Below the pieces are notes generated by a model that saw only the letters and a program-made list of their open reading frames with translations, did no database searches and was not told the DNA's origin. This document shows, piece by piece, positions 53,901 through 64,000 of a stretch of 64,000 bases of DNA. The stretch is taken from NCBI GenBank assembly GCA_051362555.1, contig CM120649.1:13950001-14014000 (forward strand), read 5' to 3'. Every line of letters starts with the position of its first letter. Position 1 is the stretch's first letter. The translations under genes were made by a program, and so were the position numbers. This DNA comes from Lingula anatina (taxonomy: Eukaryota; Animalia; Brachiopoda).

Positions 53901-56900
53901 GTCAACTTAAATCTTATCTTTGCTTTATTTATTCGCTCATTTTTGGTGCATTCATTCATTTATTCATTCCTTCTGTCCAAATTAATTTTGCAGGTTTTTA
54001 AAATTTGTTTTATTCTGACATTTTTGAGGCATATTCCTCACCTGCTCAAATTATATTTACTCTCCACAGAAGATCTCAGATTTTGGTGTTAGTTTTTCCA
54101 AAAATAGCACACCAAGTATGTATGTTTTTAACACAGCTTTTTTATCTCGTGTACAGATTGATTATCAGTCACCATATTCATTCTTCTGTGTCAGCAAACT
54201 TCATGCCCCCTTGCCTTTGAACAAGGCACATTTCCTGAGTAACGATGAAAATAGATTTTGATTTATAGGATTTTGCAATCCCAACAAAACATACTCTACC
54301 AGCACGGTGCTGGCATGAATGTAGCCTGAATATTTCATCAGATATTATTTAATATTTCATAATTTACATTGTTTTTGGTAAAAAAAAAAAGCCAAACAGA
54401 AACCCGCTCCTGTGTATATAAGATAGATGCATCCGTCATTTATTGATGTATAATGTAAATGCAGACAACATACTGGGATTGGCTTTTGTTGATGTTGATA
54501 TGTCAGACTATCTAGAGTAGCTTCCTTAGGGAATGAGGCTTTCAAGTTCAGTTTCAATTTTAGTGAATAGCCTTTGTTCACTCTGTTTTAATAGAAATAG
54601 TCTTTCTCCTCTCTGTTCTAATAAAAATGGCCTCTATGCTCTCTATTCTAATAGAACCATCCTCTGTTCTCTCTATTCTAATAGAAAAGCTTCTAACCTC
54701 TCTTTTAATTTAGAGATAGTCTCTGTCCTATTCTAATAGAAATAGCCTCTTCCCATTTTATTCTAATAGAAATAGCCTCTATCTTCTATCAGACATGAAC
54801 TTTTTTCGCAGAAACGTGGAATTCTGCGTTTTTTAATTCAATTCCTAAGGCTGCCTCCAGACCTCTGACCTGTTAGGTGTTGGGTCCCATAATAAATTAT
54901 CAGAGTTTTTTTTTTTTAACATACGCTCATGTCTGTTCTATATTGTTATAGGAATAGCCTCTGTCCTCTCTATTATAATAGAAATAACTGCTATCTTCTA
55001 TTGGTAACAGGAATAGCCTATGTCTTCTCTTTCCTGAGATGAAGTTGGATTTCCGTTGTCCCCTGTGAAATGATGACAATAAAGAGAATTATTTCAATGG
55101 AGACTACTAGTAAATATTTTTTAAAGGCTTGAAACATTTTTCATCTGTAAAAATGTTTTTTAGTAGACTCTTTAGAAAATTTTCAGTTTTTGATATTGTT
55201 ATAAGTTATCAAATAAAATCTCTTTTAGCAAAAAAAATGAAAACAATGTCATTGTTCAGATTTTATTACCTGCTGGCATACTCTTTGTCAAGGCAATTTT
55301 TCCCAGTTTTTGGTAAATACTTTATTTTTTCTCTCTCTCTTTGCAAGCAATTTGGTGCCTGCATATGTTACCTGTAAGTTCAGAATTTTTCTATAATTTT
55401 TTTAAAGATTTCCCTGCAAACAGTAAAGCAAGTTGAATCATTCACTAATTACTTTAAACCTGTTAACTTCAAAGAGTCACTGTTCATCTCTTTGAATTAA
55501 CTTAGAGCTTACTTTAATTAGCTGAATAAATTCTTGTTATTATTTGGAAAGGGGCAGCAGGTATATTAACCTTTTTGGTTTTGAAAATCCTCATTCCACC
55601 AAATTCTTCTACTGTAAAAAAAAAAAGAAGTAAATTTATAAGATTTGTCGGTTTGGCTGGAACACATTTTGAACAGCCTGTCACTAATATAGAGCCATTT
55701 AATGATGTCTTTAAATTTTGCACTGCTGGTAATACATAACCTGTTTCTATGTCACGTCATCTTACATGTTGACATACAAGATGCTCTTTGTGTGCACATC
55801 TGTTAGTAATACAGGTCCAATTTGGTCGCTAATCAATAACACATTATACTTGGTCGAATAAAAAATGGATTGGTTACAGAGACGTAGAATAATTGACTGG
55901 TCTCCAGCTACTGGAGAGATTTTCCTTTGTATATCGCACCTGGCTGTGGTTAGTTTACCTTATTCCAATTTTTCTGAGAGGGCAGTCAGGGCAGTGGTGT
56001 AACAGGCCCATCCAACTACCAGACTCGGCACCGAATGATCCTGAATTCACCGGTAGATCAGACCACACTACCCGTTTTCAAGGTGTGTGTCAGATCGCAT
56101 TACACAGTATCATACCGTGAACAAATTTTGAGTGGTGTTGCAATGCTTTTCAGCCCTGCTGAGAATCGTCACTATCACATCGCGTACTAGACAAGGGCGG
56201 TGTCGCGTTTGATACTGTGTAATGCGATCTGACACACACCTTGAAAACGGGTAGTATTGTCTGATCTAATGGTGAATTCAGGATCATTCGGTGCCGAGTC
56301 TGGTAGTTGGGTAGGCCTGGTGTAACATGCCCGTGAATCAAATATGACCGACCCAGGTTAATGCTTATTGCGTAATCCCTGCAGGGAATCTATTCAGCAT
56401 CTAATCAGGAATTAAGCTGCAAGTTTTTTAGTGGCTTGCCAAATTTGATTCGTGGGTCTGTCAGTTAAAGTGTTGAATAAAAAGGAATTACATTCCCCCC
56501 ATTTCTTTTTACCAGCGAAATTAAATTGTTTCTATTCATATTGAATGGTTGGCCTCGTGTATCACCCAATTAACTGAAAGATGTAACTTTTATTATCAGG
56601 AATTCATTACTACATAATATATAACACTGTGTAAACCCTTTTCCGTACATGAAACCAATTAACAATTTATCAGAATTCTTGGTATAGAAGACACACCAAA
56701 GGAGTGTAACTTTAGTGAATAAAATTAATTTCTCTCTTTATTTTTCAGCTTCTGATAGAAAGCCCAGTGAGTCCAGCCACAAGTATACTTCCACTGATCT
56801 TTGTGATAACTACTACTGGCATAAAACAGGTGAGTTGGCTTTCACTATGGTAACACATGTTTGGAAGTTCATACCAGGCACACTTGCACTGTTCAAACAC

Positions 56901-59900
56901 AGCTGTGTCATGCGATGGTAGTACTAATATCTAATGGCAATCTTGGCTAATGGTATCAGTCTTGTTTTGAAAGATAACCTAGTTTCACCCCATCTGATGT
57001 TTGACAGCTGTAAGGTTTATGTTATGTAAAAGTACTGTTTAATGGCCCTTTAGTTTGTTTTCTTTTGAAAGGCATTTTATTATTTTTTCTACTTTGATAG
57101 TACTTTCACCTTTTAGTATTGTGACCTTCAACACTGTGACCTTTCGTATTGTGACCTTCAACACTTTGACCTTTGGCATTGTGACCTCTTGCATTAAGTT
57201 TTTAATGATGAAATTGTTTTTGAATGTAGGGCTATGAAGACTGGCTGCGGCACAAGTCAGACAAAGAGGTCAACAACCGACCGGCCTGGGTGCTTAGAGG
57301 AGATAGGTTTGTGGAGATACGGGCCATGGATATACAGGTAATAAAGGAGGAGGGGATAAGGGAGGGGGGTGGGTGGGGAGCGGGGGCGGGGGGGGGGGGG
57401 GGCACCCAAGAGCATGCTTGAAAGACCTGAGACTTAGACAGGCAGGTCAATATTTGTCATATACAGAAATATCTTATATTTGAATATTATAAAATATATT
57501 ATATGATTTATGTATTGAATAGTTGAATATTTTGTTGTTCTCCCTCAGGTTGGGGATATTGTGAAAGTGCACATAAACCACAGTTTCCCGTGTGACCTGG
57601 TCCAGCTCTCGTCACATGACCCAAGCGGCGACTGTACGGTAACAACGGCCAACTTGGACGGAGAGACTAATTTAAAGGTAACGGGATGGTACCAGTCTGG
57701 CTGGAGGATTGGAGGAAGGCAGACATCTTTCCTCTTAGACTAGTAATCAAATCAGCTTGGATGGAACTTCTCATAACTGTTATATGTATTATATACTTTG
57801 AATTATTAAAAGCAAGCTGATCACAAGATACTTTCAGCTTTTGTCAGTTACGATTTTTTTCTGCAGTGATCATAATATCCTGTCCTTTGTAATGAATATG
57901 AACAAGTCATATTTGTACTGGAATAAATTTGAATTAAAGGAATATTACCAATTTGCAATTATATTTATTTTCTGAGCCCTAGGTTTTAAATGATGGTAAA
58001 ATTTAGAATATATTTTCAGATATTTTGCCCACCTGTCAGTAACATTTCTTCACTGCATGCGTTAAATTTTTTGCTCATAAAGATATTTTTATTTTCCAGA
58101 CATTTATAAGTGTGCCAGCTACAAAAAATATGCAAACAGAAGATGATCTGAGTACAGTAAAAGCCACAATAGAATGTCAACAGCCAATAGCAGATCTCTA
58201 TAAGTTCATAGGGCGTATCACCGTGGAGGTGCCCAATCAGCAATCAGAGAAAGTGTGTCAACCATTAGGGGCGGAGCATGTTCTTCTGCGGGGGTCTAGA
58301 TTGAAGAATACACCTTTTGTCCATGGTAGGTATTGGCAGCAGCTTTGCTGAAAAGGTACTTTTCATATTTATAAACATGATAAAGGCTACTTTCTTATTG
58401 CTAGGTCAGGCAACTTTTTCAGTCTTGTTAATCGGCCATTTTGTGTTAAAATCCATGTGCGAAAGAAAATGTATGTTTTGGTTGCACAGTTAACTTTATT
58501 TTTTTTAGATATGATACCAACAATATAATTTTGATGAATTCAAAATTTCAGTGAAATTGTAGTTGTAATGTCATTTTTAAAGTGTTTCTCTAATTGCAAT
58601 TTTATTGATATAAATATGTTTTTTTTTTCTTTCCTAGGCTGTGCCATCTACACAGGCCAAGACACCAAAATGGCAATTAATTCCAAGTTTAAAATTCAGA
58701 AGTATTCAAAAGTTGAAAGGTACTTGATGAATTTATCACTTGTATCTAAAATAGATGGTGATACATCTTTAGATGTTCAGTTGTTTTTGATCAAACTCAA
58801 ATTTTAAAAAATCAGTTACTGTATGAAATGGTTTCCTATATTCTGACTGTAAGACACTTGCTCCTTTTTACAATATTTAACTTATTAGATTTTTTTGTGA
58901 TTCAGTAGATTGAACTTTGATTATTTGGACATTAAATTCTCCATGTTGTTTATGACTGGATGGCCAGTGATAAAAATGAACATATTTCTTACCCAGAACC
59001 AGTTGTTCCTGGTCATTGTTTTAATGTCTTAATTTTTTTTTTACCGCAGAGCAATGAATACGTTCCTGATCTGTTTTATGATATTACTACTTCTGGAGAC
59101 TAGTCTTTGCCTAGGACTAAGGTATTACACTGAAGCTCAACCAACATTGCAGAATTCTTGGTTTATACGTCTGGATAATCATTTAACAGTAAGTTCAGAA
59201 GCCAGAGAATTTTAAAAATTGGTGGTTAATTAATTAAAAACTCAAGATAATTTATTCTCACGTGTTTTAGTATGAAGCTCTAGGTGTGCAAAGGAATCGG
59301 TCATTTTGTATCTGAACCCATTTTCAATACTCAGGAGAACAAAGATATTTTCTAAATATAGCTGCAAATATTTTAAGTTTTTTTTCATTCCAACTACTTT
59401 TTATAAATTATGCAAGGTGCTTTTACATGGCATTTTTTCACATTTATACAACTTAGATGAATATTAAATTTGAGTTTCAATATCTTTCTTTGCCCTTGAT
59501 TATATACTGCAAACACAAAAATAACTAGTAATAAAGAAAAATGAATAAAAATTGGATGAAAATGAATAAAACATTTATTGAATGTGACAGATAACATAAG
59601 GGCAGAAGAGATTTATGAAAATCTTTCCTCTTTCAGGCAAGACAGGCAATAGAAGACTTCCTAATATTTGCAGTTCTCTTTAACTATATCATCCCTATAT
59701 CACTTTATGTTACTATAGGTAAGATTCTTTACACTTTTACTGTAGATATATGACCATTTCATCCCTGTATCACTTTATGTTACCATAGGTTAAAATATTT
59801 TATACTGTAATATATATAATGAATGTAATGTTAATATTAGTAAGACTAGTGCATTTGGTTTCAATTTTGCTGATATGATGACATTGATTATATGTATCTG

Positions 59901-60726
59901 ATATATCACATTTGATGCCTACAAAACAAGTGAATATCTTTATGAATGATATTTAATATAATGACCTGCTATCAAATTTCCAGAGGTCCAGAAGTTCATA
60001 GGGTCCATGTTTTTTGCTTGGGACATTAAAATGTATGATGATGGCACGGAGCAGGCAGCCAAGGCCAACACGTCAGATCTGAATGAAGAACTGGGACAGG
60101 TAAGTTGAGACAATTAGTTGCAGGAGTCTGCCACAAAAAAAAGCATCAATTTAATTTTTACAGTTTTTCGATTATGCCTAGTATTCTAAGTCAGGTTGGC
60201 TTCAGATAACAGAGAAAAATGTTTTCTCTGTCATACAAATAAACATTTTTGCATACAGCATATCTGGTGAAACTTCTACAAGTAGCCACAGTCCCAAAGC
60301 ACTTGTTGCTCATTTTGCATTTTTGGGACAGGCATAGGATGATGACAGTGTCAATGACAACACTGACAATAATGGTGCATAAAAACATACGCCTTTGTTT
60401 CTTGCATTGACTTCGGTGAGTTCCCGCAAAGAAATAAGTTTACATACTTTGATTTAATTTATTCCATTACCCGATCTTTCCTCCAGGTGGAGTACCTGTT
60501 CACAGACAAGACTGGGACACTGACAGAGAATGATATGCAGTTCAGGCAGTGCTCTGTTAATGGGACCAAGTATATAGAAGTGGGGGGACTGGTGTGTGAG
60601 AAGCCAGATATCCCTGGGGTGCAGCCACAACCTGTGTCTACTCTAACAGTAAGTGAGATAGTCTTGTACATAGGGAGTAGGAAGCAATATAGATTATTAG
60701 CTATATAGCCCAATGCTGTGGGTGGA

Positions 60727-60784
<58 letters not shown>

Positions 60785-61976
60785 GTATGGGCATGCTCAA
60801 AATCATGCTCATCTTGATAATGATATGACAATGACACTTTACACAGTACAAATGCTCATTCCAGTAAAATTACTCCACACCTAATGCATTAGCAACCACA
60901 CCTAATGCAATTACTGTTATGCTTAACACAATAATAGTAACATTTCAATACGAAAACATTCACATTTCCATAAAGTTGCAGTCACATTCCTGTACAATGA
61001 AATCACACCTAATGCAATGAAAGGCACACTTGGCACAACTGGTCACAATTAGCACCATCACAATCACACCTAACACAATTGCATTCACATCTAACACAAT
61101 TAAACTCACACCTAACACAATTAAATTCACGCCTAACACAATAAGTCAAATTTGACTCTTCTTCTCTATATTTCCAGTCTGACATGGAGTGGTTCTTCAC
61201 AGTGCTAGCCCTCTGCCACACTGTGAGGATAGAGAAGGCAGCAGATCATCAAATCAATGGCATAGTTGACTTTGACACCAGTGACTATGACTTTGAATAC
61301 CAGGCCTCCTCTCCTGATGAAAAGGCTTTTGTGGATGCCTGCAGAAGGTGGGTCTTAAATAATAAATGCCATGGTGACAAAATAGAAAAATAATAAGTTC
61401 AATATAACTTACATCTATTGTAGTGAGAAATATATGATCTGACACCTTTTGATGCTAAAGGGGAAAATGGCCAAAATTAGTAAACAACAGTATTTTGATC
61501 ACCTTTCTGTTTTAGTCTCTCCTTTAATGCTTAAAGTTTGGAGCTGTAACTGTTACAATATTACTTCCTGATGTACCAGTGAGTGTAAATAATGCACACC
61601 AAGTCTGGTGAGGGTGTGTAATGTGATTTCTAATTTGAACTTTGTTTGACGTGTTTGTTTCCATGCACCAGGTATGGTGTTGTGTACCTAGGCGTTAAGG
61701 ATGAACACCAGGAGGTCAAGGTCAAGGGCAAAGTGCATCGCTACAAACAGCTTCATGTTCTCGAGTTTGATGCCACCAGGAAAAGAATGAGCACTGTCGT
61801 ACAGGATGAACAAGGTGCTGAAACTGCATCAGATTATCTCTCTCCCTCTCTCTCTCTCAGTATCTTGTCCTTGCAGGCCATTGACTGCCATGAACCTTCA
61901 CAACTTCCTGTCTTAACATGATTTAAAAAATTCCATATTTTTTAAAAAGGCCACTTTGGTCTTCGGGGTGCTCTGG

Positions 61977-62007
<31 letters not shown>

Positions 62008-63959
62008 CAGAAATTCTGAGTTGCTGATTAAAAATCACTATATTCCAGGAAACATCTATTTGCTATGCAAAGGAGCAGAGTCAGCCATACTGTGCAATGC
62101 TACATCTGGAAATGTGACCAAGGCTCTTCAACATGTGAATGATTATGCAATGGTGAGCTCTTTATGGTTTCTTTTTTTCTTTTTTCTTTAAAAAGAAACA
62201 TTTTAATTGGTTCAACTAGTTACACAAATCACATGACTGAGATTGTATAGAAAGTGTTTTTATTGTTTTTTGATGTTCCGTGACTAAAAAATTGTTTTCA
62301 CAATTCTCAGCTGGGTCTGCGTACTCTTGTGATATCGCAAAGAAAATTAAGTGAGGAAGAATATGAGAAGTTTGATCACGAACTCACTAGTGCCAGAAAA
62401 GCTCTTGAAAACAGAGAAGAAAAGGTAGGAATGATATAGAGGTCCAGTGCATATTATCATCAGTTTTGGAAATTAGGAGAAAAGGGTGCAGGAAACTGTC
62501 TTCAGTCAGTGACCCTTAATGTGACCGTTCTTTAATATAATATTTGGGGAAAAAAAAGATTATGGATGATGTGCCATATGCAAAAAAACATCATGTTGAA
62601 GTTTTCAATTCCTTTATAGGGGAGCATGTTTTCTCTATTTTAAATTTTTTTTTTTTTGTTTTTTTTTTTTTGAAATTTTTTTATATATTTCTGTTTTAGT
62701 TAGCAGAGGTGTTCAACACATTAGAGAGCAACCTCAAGATTTTAGGAGCAACTGCAGTTGAAGATCGGCTCCAAGATGGAGTTCCAGAAACTATAGAAGC
62801 ACTAAGGATGGCTGGCATCAATGTAAGGATTTCTTAAAATGGTATCAAAACATCTAATATAATTACATAAGAACAAGCAACATTTTCCAAGACCAGAGAG
62901 GCAGGAAAATATATAATCAGCACATATATACTTTTTTATTAGTTCGAAGATATGCATTTTGTTAGATCCACTTTGATAATTGTGTTGCTTTACATTTAAA
63001 CAAAAGATGTCACTGTATTCAAGACAGTCCTGTGTTTACTTTTCAGGTCTGGGTGTTGACGGGGGACAAAGAAGAGACAGCAGTGAATATTAGTTACTCT
63101 GCAGGTCACTTTAAACCTGGTGCTCAGTTGTTGAGGTTAACCCAGCTCAGAGAGTGGGAGGAATGCTCACATCTTATTCAGCAGCACAGGCAGGCGTAAG
63201 TTTACCTCTAAGTTGACTCTTTTGTAGTTAATGGCGTAAATCGAAAGGCTGTAAGATTGATGGATACTCGTATCTTATTCAGCAGCACAAACAGGGAAAA
63301 ATGAAACTAAATTCAGTTCACCTCTTTTTTAAGTGGAATTAATTTAAAGTGATGTTGATTACATTTTCTTCCAGTATTGAAAGCAGTTCAAAGGATGAGG
63401 AGACATTTGCCCTTGTGATAGATGGCGCTAGTCTCTCTCTGGTGATTCGGACAGAGACCAATCAGGACCAGGAACACAAACAGCGTGGAGATGAGCTACA
63501 TTCCCTATGCCATATGTGTCAAGCTGTCCTGTGTTGTAGGATGTCTCCTATACAGAAAGCACAGGTGATTTTATGTTAAATGTCTTACTCTGTGATGGGC
63601 ACCTACTGTTAAGTAAATTGGAATATAAATATATAGAGGATGACAAAATTTGTATATTTTTTTTTCGTCCATGCATTATGATTATCTTCTCTATTTGATT
63701 ATTACTTCTACCTCTGTTTTTAAGTAAGTATGGGTAATTGAGACGGGGCCAGTCATACAATTGTGTCAGATGTCCCTCCTAACATATTCTAATAAAATGT
63801 ACATTAAAATGTTGTACAAGATATTACACCTAACACATTTGTATTCCATATTACAGATTGTCCAGTTAATAAAACATGGCAAGGACAACCCAGTGACAGC
63901 AGCTATAGGAGATGGTGCGAATGATGTCAGTATGATACAGGAGGCCCATGTTGGTCTAG
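49222..63959 (+). CDS. ATP11: P4-type phospholipid flippase, ATP11A/B/C co-orthologue (3'-partial, first 20 exons)
   Basis: Exons: 49222-49257, 50993-51112, 51566-51655, 56749-56829, 57230-57337, 57549-57677, 58100-58325, 58638-58719, 59050-59188, 59637-59718, 59984-60099, 60487-60648, 61178-61347, 61672-61814, 62049-62152, 62311-62424, 62700-62822, 63047-63195, 63375-63564, 63857-63959. Motifs: [113 protein letters not shown]. Confidence 0.96.
51275..51510. repeat. ~135-bp degenerate tandem duplication in ATP11 intron 2
   Basis: tgacatttt.gttgactta.tcc...ttcaatttg.tgaaatg..ccaagtt.agatat.attcag.ttgaat.ta.actt.gc.tagtttacagg occurs twice. Confidence 0.7.
52038..52221. mobile_element. MITE copy (family of 1507-1678)
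   Basis: gcatttagaa..gactaacagatccg..gatcaaa ... tttgatccgcggatctgttagtc..ttctgaatg, with the shared cccactaaaaagttt..agacact.aatagatt core. Confidence 0.7.
54560..55025. repeat. ~27-bp minisatellite (ctctattctaatagaaatagcct)
   Basis: About 10-12 degenerate units, interrupted at ~54790-54930 by a dispersed repeat fragment whose reverse complement resembles 45610-45670. Confidence 0.75.
56004..56318. mobile_element. Young MITE with ~110-bp near-perfect TIRs and 8-bp TSD GGTGTAAC
   Basis: aggcc..ccaactaccagactcggcaccgaatgatcctgaattcacc...cagatcgcattacacagtatca is mirrored at ~56210-56318. GGTGTAAC lies at 55996-56003 and 56319-56326. Confidence 0.85.
56331..56466. mobile_element. Inverted copy of the 1507/22320/52040 MITE family
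   Basis: Its reverse complement matches the 52080-52190 core (ccactaaaaa.ttgc.gcttaatt.c.gattaga..ctgaatagattccc..agggatta). Confidence 0.6.
57117..57190. repeat. 15-bp minisatellite (ttgtgaccttcaaca-like)
   Basis: Five tandem tgacct-containing units. Confidence 0.7.
60729..60787. repeat. (GT)n microsatellite
   Basis: Direct dinucleotide run. Confidence 0.9.
60875..61142. repeat. ~21-bp minisatellite (cacctaacacaattaaattca-like)
   Basis: Recurrent cacctaacacaatt / cacctaatgcaatt units. Confidence 0.7.
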
Positions 63960-64000
63960 GTAGGTGGAGCTAATCAATTGTCAGTCTTTTCACTTAAATT

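Noticed and set aside
51656-56748. Alternative Gln-containing version of ATP11 exon 3 or 4, or a nested gene, in the 5-kb intron
   Set aside because: By eye I found no ANFYF- or SPVSP-like exon and no credible ORF, only MITEs and minisatellites. A translated search would be needed to exclude one fully.
1-64000. tRNA, rRNA or prokaryotic features, and the many 60-100 aa ORFs rich in homopolymer residues
   Set aside because: No tRNA or rRNA structure was recognised. The short ORFs arise from microsatellites and AT-rich introns.

Overview
AT-rich, intron-rich eukaryotic DNA. The gene content and repeat types look like a marine invertebrate, but that is inference. Hand-splicing supports six protein-coding genes. 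(1) The 3' part of a multi-MAM-domain, probably GPI-anchored protein (+, <1-8365). (2) An unusual 667-aa type I membrane protein with a signal peptide, an EB/EGF-like module and about 120 uninterrupted Gly-X-Y triplets of the form (GPP-GTG)n (-, 11856-19025). (3) A 279-aa uncharacterised protein with an MGACVS lipidation motif (+, 25119-28379). (4) A secreted PAN/apple-pentraxin fusion (-, 30322-33577). (5) A complete 26-exon TUBGCP3 (-, 36724-48784). (6) Head-to-head with it, 437 bp away, the first 20 exons of an ATP11-type P4-ATPase flippase (+, 49222->63959). Mobile DNA includes a 3.5-kb Academ-like TIR element with a 3-bp TSD, an RT-deleted Rex1/Babar LINE, a Helentron/DINE-like element and several MITE families. 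The most notable observations are: the ATP11 naturally carries Glu at the position of human ATP11A Q84 (Q84E confers phosphatidylcholine flipping); the atypical type I membrane collagen; the TUBGCP3-ATP11 divergent pair that mirrors human 13q34; and recurrent short duplications of exon-intron junctions into neighbouring introns.
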